Assembly: GCA_026415215.1 (NCBI GenBank)
Contig: JAOAHN010000026.1
Coordinates: 9,326 to 73,325 of the forward strand
Source of the DNA: Candidatus Hydrogenedentota bacterium
GTDB taxonomy: Bacteria; Hydrogenedentota; Hydrogenedentia; Hydrogenedentales; Hydrogenedentaceae
DNA length: 64,000 bases
Direction: 5' to 3'
Shown: positions 50,972 through 59,901 of the stretch, piece by piece
Layout of the letters: the number at the start of each line of letters is the position of its first letter
Numbering within the stretch: position 1 is the first letter of the stretch
The notes under the pieces: generated by a model
Database searches by the model: none
The model's input: the letters and a program-made list of their open reading frames with translations, nothing else
Told to the model about the DNA's origin: nothing
Position numbers and translations under genes: made by a program

Positions 50972-51874
50972 GTGGAGAATAGCTCCGATAAAAATACCGA
51001 GAACAAAATACCTCTCGAACTTCAAAAAAAATCGGATTTTCTTAACAAACCAAAGAAATTTATTCTATTTTTTACAGGTCCATGGACACTTCGCAATGCC
51101 ATAGAGTGGACATTACTGATAATAGGTATATTGGTGATAAAGGGCTTTCTATTAGACCAGTACCTAATCCCATCGGACTCGATGGAACCCACTCTACATG
51201 GTGGTGGACTCTTTACAGGAGACCGAGTGCTCGTAAATAAATTTATCTATGGGATTAGAATACCCTTCACTACAAAATGGATAATAAAATGGGGAAAACC
51301 CAAGAGATGGGATATTGTCATTTTTAAATCCCCAGAAAAAAAACTATGGCGAGAAAATATAATTAAGAGAGTAGCAGGTTTACCAGGAGAAACAATAACC
51401 ATAAAAAATGGTAAAATCGAAATAAACGGAGAACCATTGGAATCACCTCCCGATCTACCTAAGGGAATTTCCTACTATAATCAAAAAGACCTCCTCTATT
51501 TGTTTTTAACATCTGATGATGAATTTATTAAGAAAACCATCACACGCATATTTGAAAAATATCCATATAGGTATGGTTGCATAGAAACTGATGAGTTTAA
51601 AAAAGTTCCCCCAGGTCATTATTTCGTCTTAGGTGATAATAGCCTCAATAGCATAGACAGTAGGTATTATGGATGGATCCCTGAGAAGGATATAATAGGT
51701 AAGGCATTAGCAGTATGGTGGCCACCAAATAGAATGAAGGATTTTACTGGTTTTTCTTATACTTGGTGGGGTAAGACAATTATCTTAGGATTACCTTTAT
51801 TTCTAATAACTTTATGCCTTTACCTAATAATTAACCAAACCAAGAAAATTAGGAGTAAAGCTGATAATGAGTAA
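50972..51874 (+). CDS. lepB: Signal peptidase I (copy 1)
   Basis: IPSDSMEPTL (catalytic Ser), IIKRVAGLPG (catalytic Lys) and GDNSLNSIDSRYYG; additional C-terminal TM. Confidence 0.92.
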   Translation: MENSSDKNTENKIPLELQKKSDFLNKPKKFILFFTGPWTLRNAIEWTLLIIGILVIKGFLLDQYLIPSDSMEPTLHGGGLFTGDRVLVNKFIYGIRIPFTTKWIIKWGKPKRWDIVIFKSPEKKLWRENIIKRVAGLPGETITIKNGKIEINGEPLESPPDLPKGISYYNQKDLLYLFLTSDDEFIKKTITRIFEKYPYRYGCIETDEFKKVPPGHYFVLGDNSLNSIDSRYYGWIPEKDIIGKALAVWWPPNRMKDFTGFSYTWWGKTIILGLPLFLITLCLYLIINQTKKIRSKADNE

Positions 51875-53270
51875 TATGCCATTATGGAGAGAAAGAGGTA
51901 TTATGGGTATTGTTTTAAGAGCCGGCGGGATTCTCGTAATTCTTGCGGGAGTATACATCATCTACAGAAGCAACAATGCTTATCCAGAGCCTTCAGAACC
52001 TCTATGGTGGACAGGGCTCGTCGTCTTAGTTATCGGGCTTCACATGTTCTTTTTTAGCAACATGGCCAAACATCAAATTTACGAATGGCTCAAGAGCGAG
52101 ACCATTGCATTAGGACTTGCCTTGCTCATACGCTGGCCTATTGCAGAGCCTTACAGAATTCCCTCGAGTTCTATGGAGCCCACACTCCACGGAGACAATA
52201 GATTTGGAAGAGGAGATAGAGTGTTCGTTAACAAGTGGATCTACGGAGTAAGATTTCCATTTCTCAACAAGAGAATTTGGTATGGGAAGAAACCTGAAAG
52301 ATGGGAGATTGTAGTATTCCAGACAGTTGAAAAAAATGCAAGACATAAAACACTCGTTAAAAGAATAGTAGGACTACCCGGAGAAAAAGTCCATATAGCG
52401 GGAGGGAAGATATATATCAATGGAAAACCATTAGAACTACCGCCTGATATGCCTAAAATATACTATACCTCTGTCACGGGGGGATTAGAGGAGATGAAGT
52501 TCGGCATAAGGGAAGAAGATGAGTACTCGCTAATACCGGAAAATCACTATTTTGTTCTCGGTGATAACAGCTCCTTTAGCAGAGACGGGAGATTTTTCGG
52601 ATGGGTCCCAAATGAGCATATTGTGGGAAGGGTATCGTGTATCTGGTGGCCCCCTTCCAGATGGAGGGACTTCACCGGTTTCAGTAAAACATGGTGGTGG
52701 AAAACTTTGTGTACACTCTTAGCAATATTACTTGGGATTAGGCTATTAGTTGGTAGGTCTGTGGTATGGTACAGATGGAACAGCAACAAGTTAAGCCATT
52801 ACTTTGTATCTTTTCTTGAGTATGGACTAAGAGTCCCATTTACAAAAATATGGATTACTAAATGGAAACATCCTTCTCGAGGAGATGTAGTAAGTTATTT
52901 TGTGCCTGATAACATAGATGGGGTCCCCAATGGCACTATTGCTTGTGGAATAGTTGCGGGAATAGAAGGCGATAAGGTTCAAATTCAGAATGGTAAACTA
53001 ATTGTAAACAACGAAGAATTTTCTCATCCCCTTCTTTCCAAATCTACGCTCTCTCCTAATTACACAATAAAAGAAGCAAGTTATGGTTACGCTAAGGACA
53101 AAGGGCATTCTACAGTTCCTCCCGGTTCTATATTTGTAGTGTGGTCCGTAGATGAATCTAATGAATTGAAAATAGACAGTCGCACCTACGGTTGGATAAA
53201 GGTAGAGAATATCTTTGGGAAAGTGAAGGCAGTATGGTGGCCTCCCAAAGATTGGAAGAGGTTTTCATGA
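51867..53270 (+). CDS. lepB: Signal peptidase I (copy 2) with a second, degenerate S26 domain
   Basis: IPSSSMEPTL, LVKRIVGLPG and GDNSSFSRDGR. After a TM comes a second S26-like repeat (RGDVVSY...DSRTYGWI...IFGKV..VWWPP) lacking the Ser/Lys dyad. Confidence 0.9.
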   Translation: MSNMPLWRERGIMGIVLRAGGILVILAGVYIIYRSNNAYPEPSEPLWWTGLVVLVIGLHMFFFSNMAKHQIYEWLKSETIALGLALLIRWPIAEPYRIPSSSMEPTLHGDNRFGRGDRVFVNKWIYGVRFPFLNKRIWYGKKPERWEIVVFQTVEKNARHKTLVKRIVGLPGEKVHIAGGKIYINGKPLELPPDMPKIYYTSVTGGLEEMKFGIREEDEYSLIPENHYFVLGDNSSFSRDGRFFGWVPNEHIVGRVSCIWWPPSRWRDFTGFSKTWWWKTLCTLLAILLGIRLLVGRSVVWYRWNSNKLSHYFVSFLEYGLRVPFTKIWITKWKHPSRGDVVSYFVPDNIDGVPNGTIACGIVAGIEGDKVQIQNGKLIVNNEEFSHPLLSKSTLSPNYTIKEASYGYAKDKGHSTVPPGSIFVVWSVDESNELKIDSRTYGWIKVENIFGKVKAVWWPPKDWKRFS

Positions 53271-53281
53271 AGACTTAAAAA

Positions 53282-54805
53282 TTACAAAACTACCTTATAA
53301 AGATCAGAGTATTTCTCCCTAAGATAATTTATGAAAGGTTGTGAACTGAGAGGCTTATTAGAAACTTTTTCTACTATTTCAACCGCTTTAAATCTTCTAC
53401 CCACTTCAAATATATTTTCTTTCAGCCAATCCTTTATAGGCGCAAAATCTCCTTTCTCAATACACTCATTAAATTCTATCTCGGTTTTAAGTCTCTCAGC
53501 GATTTGAGCGGAAAAAATATTTCCCAAAGCATAACTCGGAAAATATCCAAAACTCCCGTGTGACCAATGAATATCCTGAAGACAGCCTTTAGTATCATCA
53601 GGAGGACATAAACCAAAAATTTCTATGAATAACGAGTTCCACCTATCCGGCACCGAATTTACCGAAATCTTTCCCTCAATTAACTCTCTCTCAATTATAA
53701 ATCTCAGAATGATGTGCAAATTATAGGAACACTCATCGGCTTCTACACGGATAAAGTTTTCCTTTATTCGATTTACCTCCATGTAAATTTCTTCAGGGGT
53801 TATCTCAGCCATTTCTCCAGGAAAGTAATCCGTAAGTAATCCATAAAGATACTTACAGAAACTTAAACTTCTCCCCACGATATTTTCCCAGAATCTTGAC
53901 ATAGCCTCATGAATTCCATAAGAAGGAGCTTGTGCAATCCAAGTCCCTCTATCTTCTAGCTTAAAGCCCTGTTCATACAAAGCATGTCCACACTCATGTA
54001 GCGAGCTATAAATCCCAGAAAAGGGATTCTCTTTAGAAAATCGAGTAGTAATCCTCACATCGAACAAATCAAGATTTGTGGTGAATGGATGGATAGAAAT
54101 ATCCTGCCTCCCAGCATTAAAATCGAATCCTATTTTAGTAAGAAGATTAGTAGATAATTCCTGTTGTTTTTCTGTACTCCATTCCTTCCCTGAGAACTTA
54201 GAATATCTATCTTGCTTATCCAAAAGTGTCTTGTAAATAGAAGTCTGCTTCTCCAAAAGTTCATTGAAAATAGACTCTAACTTTTCTACTGTCACACCTC
54301 TTTCGTAATCTTCTAACAAAGCATTGTAGGGAGAACCAACATACCCTAAATACTCTGCCCTTTCTCTAAGTAGTAGCACCAACTCTTCAAGGTAAGGGGC
54401 AAAAATTAAAAAATTTTTGTTTTTTCGAGCTTCTACCCAGGAATGATAAGCCTTACTCCTCATTTCTGTGAATTTACCAACCCATTTAGAAGGAACTTTT
54501 AATGCTCTCTGAAGATCATACCTTGCTTCCTCTAACATCAAAAATTCGTCATCTGATAATCCTTCCCTTTTCTCAAGGGCTGAGTCTAACTCATCAAGTA
54601 AACACTTATCAGTTTCAAATTCGTGTATGAGTTCTGCCATCACTTTTAGTTGACGAGCTCTACTTTCTGCACCCTTGGGAGGCATAAAAACTTCCTCATC
54701 CCAATGTAACAAAGACAATATTGCCCTTAAGGATAAAATCCTTTGAAGTTTCTCTTTTACACATTCTAACTGATTGTCCATAAACATAAAATCCTCTCTC
54801 TTCAT
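53282..54805 (-). CDS. M32 family thermostable metallocarboxypeptidase
   Basis: HPF, DVRITTR, HECGH, HEAMSRFWEN, IRVEADE and QDIHW..G.FGYFPSY. Confidence 0.95.
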   Translation of the reverse strand: MKREDFMFMDNQLECVKEKLQRILSLRAILSLLHWDEEVFMPPKGAESRARQLKVMAELIHEFETDKCLLDELDSALEKREGLSDDEFLMLEEARYDLQRALKVPSKWVGKFTEMRSKAYHSWVEARKNKNFLIFAPYLEELVLLLRERAEYLGYVGSPYNALLEDYERGVTVEKLESIFNELLEKQTSIYKTLLDKQDRYSKFSGKEWSTEKQQELSTNLLTKIGFDFNAGRQDISIHPFTTNLDLFDVRITTRFSKENPFSGIYSSLHECGHALYEQGFKLEDRGTWIAQAPSYGIHEAMSRFWENIVGRSLSFCKYLYGLLTDYFPGEMAEITPEEIYMEVNRIKENFIRVEADECSYNLHIILRFIIERELIEGKISVNSVPDRWNSLFIEIFGLCPPDDTKGCLQDIHWSHGSFGYFPSYALGNIFSAQIAERLKTEIEFNECIEKGDFAPIKDWLKENIFEVGRRFKAVEIVEKVSNKPLSSQPFINYLREKYSDLYKVVL

Positions 54806-54849
54806 ATTTAAGGTGGGATTATCCCCTCAAATCAAATAACAAGCTTTTT

Positions 54850-56583
54850 CTATTCTTTCTCGTACTTCTCTATCTTCTTTTTAATCTCCTCATTTTTAGG
54901 ATCGAGGAAAAGGGCTCGTTTCCACTCAGCAATCGCCCTCTTCACATCCCCTTTGAGAAGATATGCATCTCCTAAATGGTCTCGGAGAACAGCGTCATCA
55001 GTATCCATTTTATAAATCGCTTTCTTAATGTATGTTATTGCTTCATCTGCATTACCTTTTCTGTAATAAACCCAACCCATGCTGTCAAGATAATACGGAT
55101 TTTCAGGGTCTATCTTTAGTGCCCTTCTAATTAAATTTTCTGCTTCCTCCAATTTTATATTCAAATCTGCGTAAAGGTAACCAAGAAAGTTCAAAATTTC
55201 TCCATTTTCAGGGTCCAATTCTAAACATATTTTAAGGTGTTTCTCAGCATCTTCGTATCTCTTTAATTTTTCATAGCCCATCGCCAGATAGTAATTCACC
55301 CAAAGGTCTTTTTCATAATTTACAAAAGCCTTCTCTAACAGGCCCACTGCATCCTGATACCGTTCCGCAACTAACAGTATCCTACTTCGAATTAAAGATA
55401 TCGTCAAGGATGGCTTAGATTGATCAATCTTATTTAGTCTTTCTGCAAACCAACCAAGGACTATGTTTTCCCCAAAATTATTCCATACTCCACTTATGAA
55501 ATCATTGCATTCCAAATCAAGATTGCCCCCTATATTGTCTAAAGAGGCAATCTCATCTACAGAAACACCTTCCCATACCTCCTTCGCTGAAATTTCTAAT
55601 ACTTTACTCAAAACTGGATACTCAGAAACAGGCAGAAATGACAAAGAAGTTTTACTATCCCCTACCACAGAATAAAAGAAAGATAACAGCAACTTTTGAA
55701 GGGGAGTCAAGTTAGCAAATTTGGCAAGTTTTTTAGCAGAATCTTTCCCTTTCTCAAATTCCCCTAATTGAACATATACTCCCATTAATACTTCCCAGCC
55801 CTTAGGGTCATCGGGTTTTCGAGAAATATATTTCTCTAAATTTTCCTTGGATTTATCTAAAAATTTTTCGTCCAAATATAATAAAGCAAGAATATAGTGA
55901 GCTCTAATCATTCTGGGGTCTAACTGTAGTGCTTTCTCTAAACTTTGTATTGCTAAGCTATTACTTTTTATCCGAGCGTAGGTTAAACCAAGTTGATAAT
56001 GAAGCAGTGCATTATCGGGTCTATTTTGTATCATTCTTTGGTATATCTCTATAGCAGATACAAGGTCATTCGTCTTTTCTTGCAAGTCCAACAATGCTGT
56101 ATATCCAAGAATATCCTCAGGGTTTAATTCAATAGCCTTTTGAAAAGCAGAAACCGCCTCGTCAAACCTCCCTAATCTATGATAGAGTTCCCCTTGAATA
56201 AGATACAGAGAAGGTGAAGGTTCTCTCAGTAATATTTTATCAACGCATCGCAAAGCATCCTCATACCTCTCTGCAATGATATACAACCTAACTAACCTCA
56301 CGAATAACGAACTGGGAATCTCTTCTTCGTCCGCATTCTCTATCGATTTTTCTAACTCTTCTATGGATTTGTTCAAATCTCCTTTGCGATAATAAACTAC
56401 TGATGATAAGTAGTGAGCATAGGATTTTCCCTTTCGCAAATCCTCAGAATTTGCTCCCTCAATAAGAGAAGAATTGGGGGTATGTTCTGCTGTAAAAATC
56501 TTACAACCAGGAAACAACAATACAATTAAAAAGCAGATTTTAACTAACACAAAAGGCCGAAGACCAAAAATTTTATACATCAC
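54850..56583 (-). CDS. TPR-repeat lipoprotein
   Basis: Lipobox-like FPGC and a TPR array with the C-terminal ILNFLGYLYAD...YYLDSMGWVYY...DHLGDAY pattern. Confidence 0.85.
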   Translation of the reverse strand: MMYKIFGLRPFVLVKICFLIVLLFPGCKIFTAEHTPNSSLIEGANSEDLRKGKSYAHYLSSVVYYRKGDLNKSIEELEKSIENADEEEIPSSLFVRLVRLYIIAERYEDALRCVDKILLREPSPSLYLIQGELYHRLGRFDEAVSAFQKAIELNPEDILGYTALLDLQEKTNDLVSAIEIYQRMIQNRPDNALLHYQLGLTYARIKSNSLAIQSLEKALQLDPRMIRAHYILALLYLDEKFLDKSKENLEKYISRKPDDPKGWEVLMGVYVQLGEFEKGKDSAKKLAKFANLTPLQKLLLSFFYSVVGDSKTSLSFLPVSEYPVLSKVLEISAKEVWEGVSVDEIASLDNIGGNLDLECNDFISGVWNNFGENIVLGWFAERLNKIDQSKPSLTISLIRSRILLVAERYQDAVGLLEKAFVNYEKDLWVNYYLAMGYEKLKRYEDAEKHLKICLELDPENGEILNFLGYLYADLNIKLEEAENLIRRALKIDPENPYYLDSMGWVYYRKGNADEAITYIKKAIYKMDTDDAVLRDHLGDAYLLKGDVKRAIAEWKRALFLDPKNEEIKKKIEKYEKE

Positions 56584-57235
56584 TTAAATCTCTCCTGAAT
56601 TTACTCTGGTAAAACAGTTCTCCACAAAAACTCTCAGATAGAGGAGCAAAACTAAATCTGTGGATGGGAGAAGGACCAAGTTTTTCGAGTGCCACTAAAT
56701 GCTCTTTAGTAGCGTAGCCCTTATGTTTTGCAAATCCATAACCAGGATAGATAGCATCCATCTGATTCATAATTCTATCTCTTGTAACCTTAGCTACAAT
56801 ACTCGCTGCTCCAATAGATGCTGATATTCTATCTCCTTTAATTATCCTCCATACCTCACAGGGTAAACCTTCAAGTTTGTATCCATCCACCAATACTAAA
56901 TCAGGTTTCTTCTTCAAATTAAAAACAGCTTCGGTCATTGCCATATAATTAGCCATTTGAATTCCGATTGAATCAATTATACTCGGGGGAACAACTGATA
57001 CCCCAATATCATTTTCCCCGTTTATGAGTATATCAAATAGTTCTTCTCTTTTTCTTACAGAGAGCCTCTTCGAATCATCCAAGCCTTTTATATCTTCTCG
57101 TAAAACAACTGCAGCTGCTACTATAGGTCCTGCTATTGGTCCCCTCCCTGCTTCATCTACTCCCGCAACATAATTAAACCCCCTTGCCCATGCTTTCCTC
57201 TCAAATTCCCACTTTTCCTTCGATGAGAAACTCAT
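56573..57235 (-). CDS. rnhB: Ribonuclease HII
   Basis: GVDEAGRGP, DDSK, VDG, KGD..SASIGAAS and KHKGY. Confidence 0.96.
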   Translation of the reverse strand: MSFSSKEKWEFERKAWARGFNYVAGVDEAGRGPIAGPIVAAAVVLREDIKGLDDSKRLSVRKREELFDILINGENDIGVSVVPPSIIDSIGIQMANYMAMTEAVFNLKKKPDLVLVDGYKLEGLPCEVWRIIKGDRISASIGAASIVAKVTRDRIMNQMDAIYPGYGFAKHKGYATKEHLVALEKLGPSPIHRFSFAPLSESFCGELFYQSKFRRDLSDV

Positions 57236-57308
57236 AGTTCATTAAGATTGCAAAGTTTTATTTATCGTAAGAGAAGGTCTACATATGTTACCTAATAATA
57301 TCACAAAA

Positions 57309-57350
57309 AGTTTAGCGGGGAGGCTTTTTCAGCCTCCCCGCCTCTAAACT
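57309..57350 (-). terminator. Rho-independent terminator downstream of the 57431-58060 gene
   Basis: 11-bp GC-rich stem GCGGGGAGGCT / AGCCTCCCCGC with a 5-nt loop, extendable by AGTTTAG/CTAAACT; T-run follows on the minus strand. Confidence 0.85.
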
Positions 57351-57430
57351 CACTATATACTCTCTAAACTAACTTAGAACCACCATATAACTTGCTAAAT
57401 ACACATCATACACCCAGTGTAAATAAAGCA

Positions 57431-58060
57431 TTATATACCCGGTGGTAATAAATGACCATAAGACAATGTAACTCTACTTCCATTTGGTTCAAATACGGTA
57501 ATAAAGTTGGTATTTGCACCTTGCACATCCTGAGGTCCACCTACCCAACTTATCACCGCAGAACCATTGGTAGCAGTATCTACTACTCCTGCCCATGCAA
57601 TCGGTGTATTGGCATCGGGACTTCTTGGCCTGTCAGGAACCTTCACTGCTTGACTGCCTTCTTGTCCACCAGCCGCTCCTGTGTAATTAACAGTCACCGG
57701 ATTTCCTGTTGCTGGATCTAATTTCACAAAGCTTCCACTTCCCGCAGCTGGACCTGGATCAACCACACATGGACGGAAAGCTAACGCGGACTTAGGAGCA
57801 ATCGTGAATGTGTTGTAAGGAGCCGGAGGACCTAACCATTGACCAGCACCATTATAGTATTCAATGGAGCAAACAAGAGTCGTATCAACATTGCTCTTAA
57901 GGTAGACTAAGTTGGTAGCACCCTGAAGATTCGGAGCTTTGTGTGGCAAACCTGCAGCCGGAGGCGCAGTGTCTGCGAACCATGGTATAGCCAGTGAACT
58001 CGCTAATGCTATACCTGTGCCTACTGCTACTACCATTACTGCGAAACTAATCTTTCTCAT
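57431..58060 (-). CDS. Secreted hypothetical protein (Gly/Ala/Pro-rich, two Cys)
   Basis: Signal peptide MRKISFAVMVVAVGTGIALA|SS; GGAGGT RBS; has its own promoter and terminator. Confidence 0.85.
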   Translation of the reverse strand: MRKISFAVMVVAVGTGIALASSLAIPWFADTAPPAAGLPHKAPNLQGATNLVYLKSNVDTTLVCSIEYYNGAGQWLGPPAPYNTFTIAPKSALAFRPCVVDPGPAAGSGSFVKLDPATGNPVTVNYTGAAGGQEGSQAVKVPDRPRSPDANTPIAWAGVVDTATNGSAVISWVGGPQDVQGANTNFITVFEPNGSRVTLSYGHLLPPGI

Positions 58061-58102
58061 ACTTTACCTCCTATCTGTTAGTAATTTTTTAATCCGCCTC
58101 TA

Positions 58103-58135
58103 CCTACTCTCCATACACCCTGAGTATGGAGTAGG
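58103..58135 (-). other. Stem-loop in the 5' leader of the secreted-protein gene
   Basis: CCTACT(CT)CCATAC-7 nt-GTATGGAGTAGG: 12 bp with a 2-nt bulge, between promoter and RBS. Confidence 0.55.
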
Positions 58136-58162
58136 CTTAAGCTGATTTAATTTTCTAATAAG

Positions 58163-58192
58163 TTTATATCACAAACCAGTTTGAAATGTCAA
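58163..58192 (-). promoter_or_regulatory. Near-consensus sigma70 promoter with extended -10
   Basis: Minus strand TTGACA-N18-TATAAA with TGn immediately before the -10 hexamer. Confidence 0.7.
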
Positions 58193-58404
58193 GTCAAATT
58201 TCAAAAAAATTTTATTCCCGATTTGTATTTATCATTCACGCTTTAATAATTATGAATCCATAGCAATTTTATACCAGAAAACACACCTTCATTAATACAA
58301 CGCATAGCTAAGTTTTTTATTAATATCTCCATATCTCTAAAGATAATGACCCCAAAACTTTTGTTATAATCAAAAACAAATTCTTATCAAGCCACAATAA
58401 TCTT

Positions 58405-59886
58405 ATGAAATTAAGAGCGAAACAAGACATTTCAATCTCTAAACCCAAGCGTACAAGAAGAGATTTTCTCAAATGTACTCTAACAGGGTTATTTCCACTT
58501 ATATTTACACGCAAAACTGATTCAGTAAGTAACAAAGCCAATTTCATAATGATAATTTCAGACGATCTAAATACCACTTTCCTATATGATGAAGAATACT
58601 CTATCTTTAGAAAGCATATTCAAAGGCTTATAAAACCTACTCCTCACTCTATTATATTTCCTAATGCGTTTTGTCAAAATCCTTTGTGCATACCATCCAG
58701 AGCAAGTCTTTTAACAGGTCTTCATTCTTTCTCAAATGGAATATATGAGAATGAAAACATCTGGGATACAAAACCAAATACGATTCCAGAACTCCTTAAA
58801 AATGAAGGTTACTTCACTATAGGATTTGGAAAAATTTTTCATAATGAAACCCAAAAAAAAGAAGTATGGGATATATATGAAGAAGGGAACTATCCTGAAA
58901 TAAAACTCGCCAAAAATAAAATCGGCGTATCAAATCTATTCGACTGGGGTGAGGTATCATTGAAGGAGAATGAGTTCGGAGATTACCATACCATAGAAAA
59001 ATCCTTAGAAGTTATTAAAGATTGTCCAAGACCCTTTTTTCTCGCTATCGGATTGAGGCTCCCACATATGCCTTTATTTGTGCCCAAAGGCTTAAAAGAA
59101 ACTCTCGGCATCTCAAAACTTCCTCTCCCTTTAACTATTGAAAATGACACTGATGATATTTCACCATACGCATTAAATATGTTAAGAAGAAATGACATTA
59201 TAAACATACATGAAGAAATCAAAAGACTAAATCTATGGGAAGAAATTGTTCTCTATTATTTCCTCTCCCTATCCATTTTGAATAACATGATAGATAAATT
59301 AATAAAGGCCATCGAAAATATGAGGCTCCTAAATACTACACACTTGTTATTTATAAGTGATAACGGATGGCACTTAGGAGAAAAAAAACACTGGAGAAAA
59401 TGGACATTATGGAAGGAATCCACAAATGTTCCCTTAGCTATACACCATCCAGAGATTAAGGAAAGTAAAACTATAAACACACCAGTAGGGTTAATAGATA
59501 TATTTCCAACGATAATTGAAATTTGTAATTGTGCACCTCTCCCAAACTTAGAAGGTAAGTCTTTACTCCCTATAATAAATAAGCCTGGTAGTGACGAAAG
59601 AGTGGTAATATCGCAAATAGGCAAAAAAAACTTCTCCTTCAGAACATCCGAGTGGACATATATAGTCTATGAAAACGGAGATGAAGAACTATACAATAGA
59701 AAAACAGACCCTAAAGAATGGACCAATATTATTGCACGAATGGGGAAAAAACATGAGGTAGAAAGTTTAGAGGAAGAAGATGATATAGATAAAATAAGAA
59801 GGCACATACTAAAGAACATAGATAAAAATTTAAAAGAAAAAATTTATCCGCTTCTCCCCATTTCTACTGCAGATTTACTTAAGTAG
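58405..59886 (+). CDS. Tat-exported formylglycine-type sulfatase (S1 family)
   Basis: Twin-Arg TRRDFLK; ISDDLN, CIPSRASLLTG (CxPxR), GFGKIFH, RLPHMP and SDNGWHLGEK. Confidence 0.92.
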   Translation: MKLRAKQDISISKPKRTRRDFLKCTLTGLFPLIFTRKTDSVSNKANFIMIISDDLNTTFLYDEEYSIFRKHIQRLIKPTPHSIIFPNAFCQNPLCIPSRASLLTGLHSFSNGIYENENIWDTKPNTIPELLKNEGYFTIGFGKIFHNETQKKEVWDIYEEGNYPEIKLAKNKIGVSNLFDWGEVSLKENEFGDYHTIEKSLEVIKDCPRPFFLAIGLRLPHMPLFVPKGLKETLGISKLPLPLTIENDTDDISPYALNMLRRNDIINIHEEIKRLNLWEEIVLYYFLSLSILNNMIDKLIKAIENMRLLNTTHLLFISDNGWHLGEKKHWRKWTLWKESTNVPLAIHHPEIKESKTINTPVGLIDIFPTIIEICNCAPLPNLEGKSLLPIINKPGSDERVVISQIGKKNFSFRTSEWTYIVYENGDEELYNRKTDPKEWTNIIARMGKKHEVESLEEEDDIDKIRRHILKNIDKNLKEKIYPLLPISTADLLK

Positions 59887-59901
59887 TCCTCAAATAAAAT
59901 T

